Shown here piece after piece: positions 53,180 through 63,974 of a DNA stretch of 64,000 nucleotides; the first letter of the stretch is position 1; each line of letters starts with the position of its first letter. Position numbers and translations under genes: made by a program. Under the pieces are notes generated by a model. That model did no database searches, was not told where the DNA came from, and was given only the letters and a program-made list of their open reading frames with translations. This DNA is from a virus. Where the stretch lies: positions 62,111-126,110 of the IMG/VR virus record IMGVR_UViG_3300045996_004119. The stretch is one strand, 5' to 3'.

Positions 53180-53914
53180 TCACGCGAAACCCCTCCAGTC
53201 GTGGGCGTCGTGGACCGATTGAACGAAGCGGCGGCGCACGATCTGCGCCCGCGTGCGCGCCTGTCCAAGGTCAACGCGCGCCGCCTGCCACCCAGGCGCG
53301 CCGGCGCCGAGCGCCCCGTAGGCCTCCTCGGCAGCGCGCACCTGCTCTGCGGCGCGAAGGCACTCGGCGTCTACGTCCGCGGCCGCCTGAGCCGCAGCCT
53401 CTCGGCGCTGGCCCGGCGTGATGACCGCCTCGCCACGGAGAGCACGCGAGAGGAGCACCTCGGCATGCGCCACCGCGTCGGCAGCCTCGCGCGCGGCTTC
53501 TTCGCGGGTGGCGAACGTCCGCGTCGCGGACCAGGAGGCCCCGGCGCGGCCCGGAAGGTCGAGGCGCATCTCGGCCAGCCACGCCGCGGGCTTCCAGCCG
53601 AGACACGGGACCACGCTCGCCTCGATTCCGCACAGGAGATGCGGCGCCGCTGGGTCCGGCGCCGTCGCGCGATAGCCGACCCCGGACCGGTCGTCGCTGG
53701 ACCAGAGCTCGCGGGACACGCGGACCGGCGCGGCGTACCAGCCGAACGTGCGGGCCATGAGCGGGTCCGGCCTGTCGCCGGAGCGATGGCGAGGAGCCGC
53801 TACGGCGATCCCAGCTCGCCATGGCAGGAGCCACTGAGAGAGCCCGCTCCACCAGATCGCCAGCGTGACCGGCGTCGGTCCGCTGGAGCGGAACTTGAGC
53901 TCGAGTTGGCTCAT
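53180..53914 (-). CDS. Hypothetical protein
   Basis: 244 aa; coupled to the upstream small ORF. Confidence 0.65.
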   Translation of the reverse strand: MSQLELKFRSSGPTPVTLAIWWSGLSQWLLPWRAGIAVAAPRHRSGDRPDPLMARTFGWYAAPVRVSRELWSSDDRSGVGYRATAPDPAAPHLLCGIEASVVPCLGWKPAAWLAEMRLDLPGRAGASWSATRTFATREEAAREAADAVAHAEVLLSRALRGEAVITPGQRREAAAQAAADVDAECLRAAEQVRAAEEAYGALGAGAPGWQAARVDLGQARTRAQIVRRRFVQSVHDAHDWRGFA

Positions 53915-54081
53915 GCCTCACCCCGTCGCGCAGCCTCGACGAGGCGGCGCTCCTGGTCCCGCTGACGCCGGGCGCGCCGATCGCGCATCGGGCCCGCGCT
54001 GACACGGCGCTGCGCCGCGACGGCGGTCCCGCTGCGCTTGGGTCGCGACTCGCAGCGACTGGCGATCATGATGACTCGCAT
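53911..54081 (-). CDS. Small basic protein
   Basis: AAAGGAG SD; first gene of the leftward operon. Confidence 0.55.
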   Translation of the reverse strand: MRVIMIASRCESRPKRSGTAVAAQRRVSAGPMRDRRARRQRDQERRLVEAARRGEA

Positions 54082-54091
54082 GCAACACGCT

Positions 54092-54170
54092 CCTTTCACG
54101 GTGAAAGGTAGTGACGCGTGGGGCAGCGTCAAGAATAATTCTTGACGTAATGTCACCCCGATCCCATGCT
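54092..54170. promoter_or_regulatory. Back-to-back divergent promoters with palindromic operators
   Basis: CGTCAAGAAT-A-ATTCTTGACG (54127-54147) supplies both TTGACG -35 elements; -10 elements are CATGCT (54165-54170, +) and TACCTT (54110-54105, -); a second palindrome CCTTTCAC-G-GTGAAAGG lies at 54092-54108. Confidence 0.8.
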
Positions 54171-54206
54171 TCAGTTGTCGGCCGCGAGGGCCGCAGCGGA
54201 GGCGCC

Positions 54207-54521
54207 ATGAAGCGATTCCAGGCGAGGAGAGGTAACGGTCGGTTCACGCGGAACACGCTCGAGAACGTGTTCGGTCTTCATGCCGACGTGTGCGCATGCG
54301 GCGCGCTGACCCCTTACGGCATCAACGAAGTTCCGCCGGACGCATGCCAGCGCTGCGGTGCGGTCATCGTCCGAGAGCGGTGCGCGCACGGGCGCCGCAC
54401 GGATCGGTTCATCGACCCGGAGACGTTTCAGCGGGGCGGATACCGCGAGTGCGGCAAGCCAGCCGTCGCGTGCTCGGTCGACCGCCGCTGGGGCCTGTGT
54501 GAGGAGCACGTGCCGCAATGA
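54207..54521 (+). CDS. Cys-rich (Zn-finger-like) protein
   Basis: GGAGG SD; CAC, CQRC, CAH, ECG and CEEH. Confidence 0.65.
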   Translation: MKRFQARRGNGRFTRNTLENVFGLHADVCACGALTPYGINEVPPDACQRCGAVIVRERCAHGRRTDRFIDPETFQRGGYRECGKPAVACSVDRRWGLCEEHVPQ

Positions 54522-55270
54522 ACCGGCACGTCATCAAGGGGCGTGGCGCGCACCGCGGAAAGTACCTCTGCTACGCCCGCGTGGATGAGTTGCCCCCGGA
54601 GGCTGGATACGTTGGGTACGTGTGGCTTCCGGAGCAGCGGAAGGCGGCGCGGTGGGAGGATCCTCGCTACAGCGGTCGCACATACGCGGCCAATGTCGCG
54701 GCGAAGCACAACGGCTACTTCGTCAAGCTCGTCGCTCCCGCGGCCATCATCGCGATCGTTCGCGAGCTCCAGGCGTTCATCGCCGCGCACGCCGCCGGTG
54801 CCGAGGAGGGTCTTGCCTGTTATTGGTTCGGCGCTGACTTCCACGATGCCGGCGAGAACTTCTGCCGGGAGTGCGCCGAGCAGCTCGTCGATGAGAAGTA
54901 CGCCGCGGACCCCAAGCGCTTCGAGGATCTCTTCGGCGAATGCGAGGACAACGAGGCCCGCTACTGGGCGGCCATCGACGGCGGGTGGGATATCGACCAC
55001 GGCTCGACGCCGTTCTGCAAGACGTGCGGCGCAAAGCTCTCGGGAAACCTCACAGAATACGGCGCAGACGAGGAGATCGCGGCTCTCACCGGCGACTGCG
55101 CCCCGAAATTCGACGACGTCGAGGGCTGGGCTGCGCTCGACCACGCGATCGTCAACCTGAGCGACGACGACCCGCGCTGGCGCAAGATCGCGAAGGTCGT
55201 CGAGGCCGCGCGCGCAGCGGAGCGTGAGAAGGATGAGCGGGAGGCCGCCGGCGCCTCGGCGAGGCCATGA
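54518..55270 (+). CDS. Hypothetical protein with CxxC motifs
   Basis: FCRECA and FCKTCG; ATGA-coupled. Confidence 0.7.
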   Translation: MNRHVIKGRGAHRGKYLCYARVDELPPEAGYVGYVWLPEQRKAARWEDPRYSGRTYAANVAAKHNGYFVKLVAPAAIIAIVRELQAFIAAHAAGAEEGLACYWFGADFHDAGENFCRECAEQLVDEKYAADPKRFEDLFGECEDNEARYWAAIDGGWDIDHGSTPFCKTCGAKLSGNLTEYGADEEIAALTGDCAPKFDDVEGWAALDHAIVNLSDDDPRWRKIAKVVEAARAAEREKDEREAAGASARP

Positions 55271-55794
55271 CGCCGCCCGCTTGCCCGGCGCTCGCGGATC
55301 CTGCGACCCTGCGCGCCGTGCCGACCCGCAGGCCCCATCCGGTCCAGATCGCTCCGTCGCCCGGAGGCTTCCGCCTCGTGCGCCCCGGCGCCCGCTACGC
55401 CGTCGAGCGGCGCGGCGAGGAGCACCGGGGCGAATGGCTGCCGGACGACGAGGCGCTGCCGAAGGGGTGGGTCGACACCTTCACCGAGGACCTCGCGCGC
55501 GCCGTGCTCCCGCTGCTGCGCCGGCTGGAAGGCGCGGCGACGGGCAGGGGCGGGCGCAAGGGGGCCGAGCCGACGACGCCGGACGGGCGGCTCATCGCGC
55601 GCGCCTGCAAGCGCCTGGGCCTCTCCGCGGCCGCGCTCGCGGAGGCCATCGGCGCCCATGAGAGCGTGCTCTCAAGGGCGAGGCACGGGGAGCTTCCGGA
55701 GAAGCACCGGGAGGCGATCAAGGCTCTGCTGCGGGGGAGGGCGGCGGGGGAGACTACGGCGACTGGGAAGCCGCGGCGGCGGAAACATCAATGA
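55267..55794 (+). CDS. Protein with a C-terminal XRE-like HTH
   Basis: LGLSAAALAEAIGAHESVLSRAR.G. Confidence 0.7.
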   Translation: MTPPACPALADPATLRAVPTRRPHPVQIAPSPGGFRLVRPGARYAVERRGEEHRGEWLPDDEALPKGWVDTFTEDLARAVLPLLRRLEGAATGRGGRKGAEPTTPDGRLIARACKRLGLSAAALAEAIGAHESVLSRARHGELPEKHREAIKALLRGRAAGETTATGKPRRRKHQ

Positions 55795-56779
55795 TTCCGA
55801 CGTTCGCCGTACGGTGCGGCGAACGATCGACCGCCGCCAGCAACTCCGCCTCGGCCGCGCAGATCGCCGCCGCGGCCTCCCCGCTCGACCACGCCGCGTC
55901 GCGCTCCAGCACCTCGGCCGGTACCGGCGGCTTCGGCCCACCGCGCACCCGGCTGGCGTCGATGCCGTCCCGATCGAGGAGCGCGCGCAGCCGGTCCGCG
56001 TCTACCCCGCCGAGGCGCATCGCTGGGAGGCTCCACCGGATCGGAGCGTCGGCGCGCAGGGTCACCAGTTGCCGGGACAGCACCGCAGAGCGGGCGTGCG
56101 CCCGCAGGCTCTCGCCGGCCTTGCGGGAGACCGTGCCGGCGTTCCGGAGCAGCGACGCCGCCTTGACCGCACCGATGCCTGGCACCCCGGGCACGCCGTC
56201 CGTCGGATCGCCAGCGAGCGCCAGGAGGTCGCCGAGCAGCTCGGGGCCGATCTTCCAACGGGCGCGCACCTCGTCCGGGCCGACGACCTCGGGGATGTTG
56301 CTGGACGGGAAGGGGTTCCACAACGTCACCCGGTCGCTGGCGAGCTGCTGAAGGTCCTTGTCGGAGGCGACAACCACGACGCGCAGGCCGGCGGCAATGG
56401 CGCGGGCGCACCCGGCGGCGATCGCGTCGTCCGCCTCGAAGCCGGGCGCCTCCAGGATGGGGATCGCCATTGCCTCGACAATCGCCCGGACACGCCGCTC
56501 CAGCTCGATGAGCTCCGGCGGCTTCGGCGGACGCTCGGCCTTGTAGCCTGGAAATAGATCGTGCCGCCACGTCGCGAGGCCGTCCCGGCGCGGACTCTCG
56601 ACGGCCGCGGCCAGGTACGCGGGGCGCTGCTCGCTGACGTGCCGGCGGATGCAGTTGATGGTGCCGCGCACGGCCGCGGAGACGTCGCCGTGAGCCGCGT
56701 GGTGGTACCGGTGGACCAGGCCAGGGAGATCGAGCAGGTAGGCCACGTCCGACGCGCCGGGGGCGGGGAGGGCGGTCAT
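55754..56779 (-). CDS. 5'-3' exonuclease / flap endonuclease (Pol I N-terminal-like)
   Basis: LLD, WRH..FP.YKAER, GFEADD, SDKDL.QL, L.GD.TD.VPGVPGIG.VKA. Confidence 0.9.
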   Translation of the reverse strand: MTALPAPGASDVAYLLDLPGLVHRYHHAAHGDVSAAVRGTINCIRRHVSEQRPAYLAAAVESPRRDGLATWRHDLFPGYKAERPPKPPELIELERRVRAIVEAMAIPILEAPGFEADDAIAAGCARAIAAGLRVVVVASDKDLQQLASDRVTLWNPFPSSNIPEVVGPDEVRARWKIGPELLGDLLALAGDPTDGVPGVPGIGAVKAASLLRNAGTVSRKAGESLRAHARSAVLSRQLVTLRADAPIRWSLPAMRLGGVDADRLRALLDRDGIDASRVRGGPKPPVPAEVLERDAAWSSGEAAAAICAAEAELLAAVDRSPHRTANVGIIDVSAAAASQSP

Positions 56780-57147
56780 GACCAGAAAAGCACGACCGCC
56801 CAGTCCGTCGGCAGCGCCGTCACGTACGCGAGCGCCGCGCGGTTCCTCGGGGCGGCCGTGACCTGTGGATGGCCCGCGAGCTTCGCGAGATCGCCGGCGC
56901 GCACCCACTTCAGCGGCTCGCCGAAGTCGTCCTCGGTGACCTCGCCGTAGGCGCGCTCGCCTTCTTCGTTCCGGGCGAGCCGGCAGGAGAAGCCCCTCGG
57001 GACGTCGCGCGATGGCAGGGCCTCCAGCAGTTCGGCCAGATCTAGGCGCTCGGCTCCCCAATCGAGCTCGACGTGGAGCAGGTCATCGGCGCGGGCGTTC
57101 CGGTCGTTGTTCGTGGCGTACGGCAGCAGGTACACGTTGCGGCTCAT
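56776..57147 (-). CDS. Hypothetical protein
   Basis: AGGAGG SD. Confidence 0.65.
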   Translation of the reverse strand: MSRNVYLLPYATNNDRNARADDLLHVELDWGAERLDLAELLEALPSRDVPRGFSCRLARNEEGERAYGEVTEDDFGEPLKWVRAGDLAKLAGHPQVTAAPRNRAALAYVTALPTDWAVVLFWS

Positions 57148-57512
57148 CTCGTTGTTCCTCCTGGTGTCCAACACACCGCCGCCGCCAGCTCGATCGCTCC
57201 GGCCGCCTCCGGGTACCACCGCTCCAACTTCAGCTTGGCCACGCCCAGGTCGAGCGGCGTCACCGGCTCCAGCGCGACCACGCGGATGCGCAGCCCGTCC
57301 GCGCCGGCGCAACAGGGGATGCCGAGGGCGAAGAAGCCGAGGAAGGACGCCTGCTCCAGCGCTTCGGGCGAGGGCGGCGGGAAACGCGCGTCGAGCTCGG
57401 CCTTGAAGCGGGCGATGTCCGCGAGGATCTCATCGGCGCTCGTGGTCGCCGGCGGATCGTTCGCGTAGGGGTTGGCGTAGGTCACGGTGCTCAGGTCCGG
57501 CCACCACGTCAT
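57144..57512 (-). CDS. Hypothetical protein
   Basis: GGAGG SD; ATGA-coupled. Confidence 0.55.
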   Translation of the reverse strand: MTWWPDLSTVTYANPYANDPPATTSADEILADIARFKAELDARFPPPSPEALEQASFLGFFALGIPCCAGADGLRIRVVALEPVTPLDLGVAKLKLERWYPEAAGAIELAAAVCWTPGGTTR

Positions 57513-58027
57513 CGCGCGCCTCCGGCCTTGAGCGCGCGGAGCGGGGCGGCGAGCGGCAGATCCGTCGAGTCCTCCCAGCGGTGCTGGTCGCAGTGGACCA
57601 GCCGATCGCCGACGCTCCACACCTCGGTGGTCGCCGGCTCGGTGCAGTCCTTGGCCGTCCACGCCTCGCACTTCGGCAGCGCGTCCACGAGCTCGTCCAT
57701 CTGCCGCTCTGCCGCCGCCAGCCTCTCCCGCAGTTCGTCCCGCTCCCGCTCTGCCTGCTCCAGCGCGTCGAGCAGCGCGAGCACGGCGGACGGGCGCGAC
57801 TCCAGGGCGTGCTGCACGTAGGCGCCGCGCTCGCGGGATGCCACGATGACCTCGCCGCCACGGGCGTCCTCGATCCACGGGTCGGGCCAGCCGCCGCCGC
57901 GCAGGACCAGCGGCTCCTCGGCCACGCGGGCAGCAGCCTCTGCCGCCTCTCGCATCCGGCGGCGCTGCTCGGCGTCCATGGGAGAAGGATCCTGCTGGTC
58001 GGCGGAAGAAGTCTTCTGGTCGCTCAT
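57509..58027 (-). CDS. Hypothetical phage protein with a coiled coil
   Basis: P.AVLALLDALEQAE pattern common in temperate phage early genes. Confidence 0.7.
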   Translation of the reverse strand: MSDQKTSSADQQDPSPMDAEQRRRMREAAEAAARVAEEPLVLRGGGWPDPWIEDARGGEVIVASRERGAYVQHALESRPSAVLALLDALEQAERERDELRERLAAAERQMDELVDALPKCEAWTAKDCTEPATTEVWSVGDRLVHCDQHRWEDSTDLPLAAPLRALKAGGAR

Positions 58028-58854
58028 CGGCTCGACATCTCCTCGAACTCACGGAACGCGCGCTGCACCTCCGGACCGTACTCGCCGCGGCGCACGGCGT
58101 TTTGCACGACGCGCTGAATGTCGGAAAACTGGCGCTGGTCGGAGCATCGACTAGCCAGCGACGCGTCCCACGCAGCCTTCCAGGCTCGCAATCGCCGCTC
58201 GCGCTCAGTGGCCCACGCTTCATGCGAGACGAGCATTTGGCGCCATGGTTGCCCTAGACGCAGGACGGCGACATCCGGATCGTTCTCGCGGAACGGCAAG
58301 TGCTGACGCCACCTTGCGTACTCTCCGCATGCCCTGCATGCGTACGAGCCCTCCAGGGTCAGAAAGAATCCCTTGCCGCACGCGACACAGAGCCAGCACT
58401 GAGCCTCGCTGCCTTCTACGTCATGTCGGAACGCGCCTACTAACCCGGTAGGATCCTCGCGGCAACCGTCGTCGCCGTCCCATAAGACCGCGGCGCTATC
58501 CGGCCGCAACAGCAAAAAATCGGCGTTCTTCCACTGAGGTCTCGGCGGTGCGCCTGCCGAGCGAGGCCCGTGAGCCTCGGACCCACCGAAGTAAAGCCGC
58601 TCACAGAAGCGCTGGATCTGCCGGCGGCCCTTCTCGCTGTCGTACCCGCGGCACTCGATCCAGAGGCACAGGTCATCCACCCAGAAGTCCGGCAGGTAGC
58701 TGACCCCGCCGCGCAGCTCGAACCTGCGCGGCTCGTACACCCATCCAAGACCGAGCGCGTCCAGCATCTTGGCACACTCCGCCTCCAGCCGACTCCGGAA
58801 GACGGTGCCGCGGTAGATGCTCGGCTGCACGGTGTAAATGCGGTCGTCGCTCAC
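58024..58854 (-). CDS. PD-(D/E)xK nuclease with a C-terminal Zn ribbon
   Basis: FRSRLEA..A..LD.LG..W.YEP..F......YLPDF....LWIECRG; CVAC/CRAC. Confidence 0.8.
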   Translation of the reverse strand: MSDDRIYTVQPSIYRGTVFRSRLEAECAKMLDALGLGWVYEPRRFELRGGVSYLPDFWVDDLCLWIECRGYDSEKGRRQIQRFCERLYFGGSEAHGPRSAGAPPRPQWKNADFLLLRPDSAAVLWDGDDGCREDPTGLVGAFRHDVEGSEAQCWLCVACGKGFFLTLEGSYACRACGEYARWRQHLPFRENDPDVAVLRLGQPWRQMLVSHEAWATERERRLRAWKAAWDASLASRCSDQRQFSDIQRVVQNAVRRGEYGPEVQRAFREFEEMSSR

Positions 58855-59744
58855 GCCAGTGCCTCCGTGCGCGCATCTGCTACCGGCGAACGGATCGCTG
58901 CGGTGTAGCCTCCGCGGTCCGTCCGCATGACTCGTCCCGCCGTGGCCAGTTTCGCGATTGCGGTTTTGATAGACCTCAGCGGCCAACGTCGGCCGAGCGC
59001 CTCGAAGACATCCCGCGCTCTCGTGACGCCGGAGCCGTTCGCGTCGACAACGCCGGCGATGGCGTCGATGAGTCTGGGTTCGGGCGAGCGCTGCCGCTCC
59101 GGGCGGCTCCGCCTCGACGCCCTGGCGACCTCGCCAGCCTTGCGCTGATGCTCACCGTTCGATTTGTACCTCCCACGCCCGATGCGAAACAGCGGCCTCT
59201 GGACGTGCTTCCACGACCTGCCGCGGAGGATGTTGCCGACCTCCGTTTGCGAGATCCCGAACTCGGACGCCAACTGCTTCTGGGTTGCGCCGTCAGCGTA
59301 CCGCTCCGAGATGCGCAGCACGTCCGCGTCGGTCAGCTTCGCTTGCCCGCTGCGCTCACCGATTGCACGGTTGCGAGGCGGCACCACCCTATGCCGACCC
59401 TTCGCGTCGCGGTCCGCGCTGTTTTCCTGCGCCGTCCCTAGGAATATGTGGTCCGGGTTCACGCATGGCGGGTTGTCGCACTTGTGACAAGCCATGAGCC
59501 CGACCGGTATAGGGCCTTTTGTGAGTTCGTAGGAGAGCCGGTGCGCCCGGAGCGAAGTCCGCTTTCCATCTACGTCGACGCTGATCGCGCCGTAGCCTGC
59601 CGCATCCTTTGATGCGCACCAGAGCCAGCAGTCGCTCAACTTCCAAACGTGCGCCCAGAATCGACAGGCCAGCCCGCAGTATCGGTGCGTAGCGGTGCGC
59701 GTCGCAAAAAGCTTACCGCACGTCTTGCAGTGACGATCTCCCAT
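58851..59744 (-). CDS. HNH endonuclease with HTH domain(s)
   Basis: AHRLSYE...CHKCDNPPCVNPDH.FLGT..EN..D...KGR; KLT..DV..I...Q..LA.EFGIS. Confidence 0.9.
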   Translation of the reverse strand: MGDRHCKTCGKLFATRTATHRYCGLACRFWAHVWKLSDCWLWCASKDAAGYGAISVDVDGKRTSLRAHRLSYELTKGPIPVGLMACHKCDNPPCVNPDHIFLGTAQENSADRDAKGRHRVVPPRNRAIGERSGQAKLTDADVLRISERYADGATQKQLASEFGISQTEVGNILRGRSWKHVQRPLFRIGRGRYKSNGEHQRKAGEVARASRRSRPERQRSPEPRLIDAIAGVVDANGSGVTRARDVFEALGRRWPLRSIKTAIAKLATAGRVMRTDRGGYTAAIRSPVADARTEALA

Positions 59745-60622
59745 TCAGAGCTCTCCTCCGTCTACCGCACCAAGCGCCGGCAAAATCTCGGCGCGGAGCA
59801 TCGTCCGGTGACAACGAGATGAGTCCGAACAGTAGCATACTAAGACCCTTAAACAACTCCTCAGCAGCCGCCTCCACGCCTCTGGGCACGGCCGCACGCC
59901 GCGCTCCCAGGCTTCCTCGGCGAGCGCCCGCGCTTCGGGAGGCTGCCGAGCCCAGGCAGGCGTGCCGCGCGCGAGGCCGTAGCTGACGCGGGCCTCGGCC
60001 TTGTAGCGGGGCGCGTACCAGGACCACATCTCCGCATCGATCTGCTCAGCCTCCTCCGCCAGCGCTGCCGCACGCCGCTCCCGCGCCTCCACGTCGCCCC
60101 GGGTCTCGCCGAGGTCGAGCTGGCGCCCGCGGAGCTCCGCAGCGGCCTCCCGGAGCTTCTCGGCCCGCCCGCGCGCGGCGAGCGCCCGGTCGAGCAGTCC
60201 CTCGCTCGGCGCGAACGGGAAGCCGGCCGGGTCGCAGCCCTCGCCACGGCGGGTGATCTGGAGCGTGCCCGGCCCGGAGTAGCTCACCCGCGCCGAGAAG
60301 ACGAGTAGCCGCTCCGCGCCCGGGTCGGGGTGGTGGACGGTGCAGTCGTCGCCCTCCACGAGCCGCGCGAGCCGGTCGACGTCGAGCCCGGGGCCCTCGT
60401 CCGCCCATGGGAAGAGCTCCAGCCGGTCCGCGCCATCAGCGAGCCGCGCGTGCTCTACGTGCTCCACAGCAAGCCCTCGCTGCCGCGCCGCGATCCCCGC
60501 CACGGCCGCCGCGTCGCCCTCCTGCTGGAGGACCAGGGTGGCGCCGTCGGGGAGCTCGCGGACCCGGCTCCACACCTGGGCCAGGGCGCGGTGAGCGCGG
60601 GCGCCGATGATGGCGACGCGGG

Positions 60623-60626
<4 letters not shown>
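59745..60626 (-). CDS. Degenerate SLOG/YspA-like domain fused to a DUF488-like domain
   Basis: N-terminal RVAIIGAR; C-terminal FAPS..LL...Y..RY.AE...W..LL....LVCYC.D...CHR. Confidence 0.55.
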
Positions 60627-61374
<748 letters not shown>

Positions 61375-61378
<4 letters not shown>

Positions 61379-62304
61379 CGGCTCGCGCTCTCCCACGGCG
61401 ACACCGCGTCGTTGGCGGCGGGCCGCATCACGACTGTCTTCGCCCGCCGCCTCGGTGCGGCGACAACGCCGGACGCCGGCGCTGGTTCTGCGGTGGGCGC
61501 CCGCCGGGCAGCAGGGCGCCTCGGGCGCATCGGCCCGGCCGGCAGGTCGCCTCCCCACAGCACCGCGTCGTCCTGCGCCAGCACCCGGCGGAGCGCCCGT
61601 TCGAGCTTCGGCATGGCGCTCTCCAGTACCTGCTGGGCGCGCTGCTTGGTGAAGCCGAACGACTTGCCGATCGCTTCGTAGCACTCCGGCTCCTCTGCGA
61701 GGAGGTGGCGCTCGACGATGTCGCGCTCCTGTGGGTTGAGCCAGGTGAGCGCGCGCTCGACGAGTTCCTTGCTGCGCGCCTTGGATTCGTCGTCCGCCAG
61801 CAACGCCTCCGGGCTCAGCGCCTCGCTCACCGAGAGGTCGCCCCGGGTGGAGCCGTCTCTCCCGACCGGCACATCAAGGCTCGGCGTGCGCAGCAGACGA
61901 ATCGCCTCCGCGCGGTCGTCGTCCAGCGTCTCCCCTGCTCGCGCCGCCTGATACATGGCGTCATGCAGATGCTGCGGGAGGCGGATCGTGGGCCCTTCCA
62001 CCTGGAGCGCATTGATCGCCTCGTTCCTCGCCCAGTGGAGTGCGTACGTGGTGAGCCGCGCGCCCTCCGAAGGGTCGAACCGCAGGATGCCGCGGAAGAA
62101 GCCTAGCCGGGCAGCCTGCATGATGTCCTCCGTGCGGACGCCCTTGTTGAGGTAGCGGCGCACGAACTTGTAGATCATCGGCTCGTTCGCCGTGACCAGG
62201 ACGCCGCCGGCCGCCTTGTCGCCAGCCTGGCACCGGCGAGCAAGCTCGATCTCGAGCTCTGGCGTGATGTCTCGGTAGCTGAGCCGTCGGCCGGTTGGGA
62301 GCAT
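61375..62304 (-). CDS. RNA polymerase sigma factor (sigma70 family)
   Basis: LV.AN...I.K.V.RY, DI.Q....G....I.RFDP..G.RLTTYA..W, SLD.PV, L...ER.I..R, IG..FG.TKQR.QQ. Confidence 0.9.
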
Positions 62305-62357
62305 TGGTGTCTATTGTGATGCCGTTTCGGAGATGCGCAATCTGTCGTCGGGCCCGC

Positions 62358-62738
62358 CTACTCCTCCGGCCACGCGCCGCTGCGGTCGACGGCCTCATAA
62401 AGGTCCGGCCACTCAGGCGCTTTGCTGCGCACACGGCCAGCGGTCACCAGTTCATCCAGCGCCGCTCGGACATCCGTCTCATTGGCGCTGAGGTCCTTCG
62501 CGATGCGCGTCGGAGTCATGTAGCAGAGCCGTGCGAGGAACAGACGGACGCTCTCGACGAGCGGGAGAGCCCGCTCCTCTGCGGCCCGCATCTTCGCCGT
62601 AGCGGCCGCGGCGATGAGCGCGTAGCCCACCGCCTCAGCCTCCTCGGTCGGCATGATGTAGTTGACGCCTCCGCGGAGAAGCTCCACGCGCCACCCATCG
62701 AATCCGGGCATGGCCCGCACGTCGGAACGGCCGCCCAT
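62358..62738 (-). CDS. Protein with a C-terminal winged-HTH-like motif
   Basis: MTPTRIAKDL.....V..AL.ELV.AGRV. Confidence 0.6.
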   Translation of the reverse strand: MGGRSDVRAMPGFDGWRVELLRGGVNYIMPTEEAEAVGYALIAAAATAKMRAAEERALPLVESVRLFLARLCYMTPTRIAKDLSANETDVRAALDELVTAGRVRSKAPEWPDLYEAVDRSGAWPEE

Positions 62739-63079
62739 CACCCCGCCTCCAGCGTGCTCGCCGGCACCGGCCCGAACTCCGCCGCCAGCCGCGCGCCGAG
62801 GTCGTACCAGGGCATGGGCAGGTCGTAGACCTCGGCGGTGACGCTGTCGCCGTCCCAGCCTCGCTCGATGGCTTCGTACTCGGGCGGCTCGACGCCGAGG
62901 TCCGGCTGCTCTCGACCACCGGTGAGGTCGCGCGCGCCCCACGCGCAGCAGCCGACGGCGACGCCAGCCATCGGCACCGTGTACGCGCCCCGCACCAGCA
63001 CGAGCCCCTGCTCCCGCGCCTCCACGCACGCTGCCCGCAGCGCTGCCTCCGTCGCCTCGATCCGCTCTTGCTCGGTCAT
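62738..63079 (-). CDS. Hypothetical protein
   Basis: GGAG SD; coupled. Confidence 0.6.
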   Translation of the reverse strand: MTEQERIEATEAALRAACVEAREQGLVLVRGAYTVPMAGVAVGCCAWGARDLTGGREQPDLGVEPPEYEAIERGWDGDSVTAEVYDLPMPWYDLGARLAAEFGPVPASTLEAG

Positions 63080-63438
63080 GACATCTCCTCCATCGCGATC
63101 TTGTCCAGCAGCTCGTCCAGGATCGCGCACGGCCCGACGTGCCGCTGGCCCAGCGACAGGCCCCAGAGCCCGTCGACCTCGCTGTGGACCAGCGCGTCGC
63201 CCTGGGCGGCCTGCCTCGCGGTCTCCTTCTCTGCGCACTCGTCGTCGCAGACCGGGCGCCCGGCGACGTCCTGCCAGGCGATGGGACGGTGGCGGTGGAC
63301 GAAGCCGGGGTGATAGCCGCAGAAACAGCACCGGTCCGGATCGCGCCGCCGCGGCGGTGGGTCGTGCTCGTCTTGGCACGTCGCGCACTCGTAGATGCTG
63401 CACCCGCCGTGTGGGCAGTAAGGCGTCATCCCGATCAT
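63076..63438 (-). CDS. Cys-rich (Zn-finger-like) protein
   Basis: CPH, CATC, CCFC and CDDEC. Confidence 0.6.
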   Translation of the reverse strand: MIGMTPYCPHGGCSIYECATCQDEHDPPPRRRDPDRCCFCGYHPGFVHRHRPIAWQDVAGRPVCDDECAEKETARQAAQGDALVHSEVDGLWGLSLGQRHVGPCAILDELLDKIAMEEMS

Positions 63439-63974
63439 CCCAACGCCTCCAGCACGCGCGCCCGCTCCACGGCAAATTCACCGGGCATCCCCCGCTGCGC
63501 GAATGGCCGCCGGAACGGCCAGCAGCGCTCGATGACCATCGCCTTCCGCCCGGGCGCCCAGAACCAGGCCCGCGGCTCGTCTTCGGGCACCAGCGGTCTG
63601 CTCTCGCCGATCGTCACCAGCGCGATCGCGTGCCCGTAGACGCGGAGGTCATGCAGCGCCCAGTCGGGCACCCGGGGGAGAAGCCGATCCATCCAGTCCT
63701 GGTCGGCCTGGAGCCCCGCGCAGACGACTAGCGGCCCCGGCGCGATGCGGTATTCGCGGGTCTCCAGGTCCTTGAGCCCGACGCGCCCGCCCTCGGGGAC
63801 AGCGGCAACGAGCCCCGCCCACGGCTGCCGCAGGGTGCGGGCGCGGACGAGCTCGGGGAGCTCCGGCATCTCAGCGGGCCCGGCGTGCAGGCCGAGCGAC
63901 AGCTGGCCGGGCAGCACCAGGGCGGGGAGGTTCGGGGGAGGCTTCACCTCGGCTCCTTGCCGGAGCCGGTCCAC
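63435..63974 (-). CDS. ASCH/PUA-like domain protein
   Basis: TLRQPWA.L...G.KD.ETR...GPL.V.AG, WF..PG.....I.....F......G..G.F. Confidence 0.75.
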   Translation of the reverse strand: MDRLRQGAEVKPPPNLPALVLPGQLSLGLHAGPAEMPELPELVRARTLRQPWAGLVAAVPEGGRVGLKDLETREYRIAPGPLVVCAGLQADQDWMDRLLPRVPDWALHDLRVYGHAIALVTIGESRPLVPEDEPRAWFWAPGRKAMVIERCWPFRRPFAQRGMPGEFAVERARVLEALG

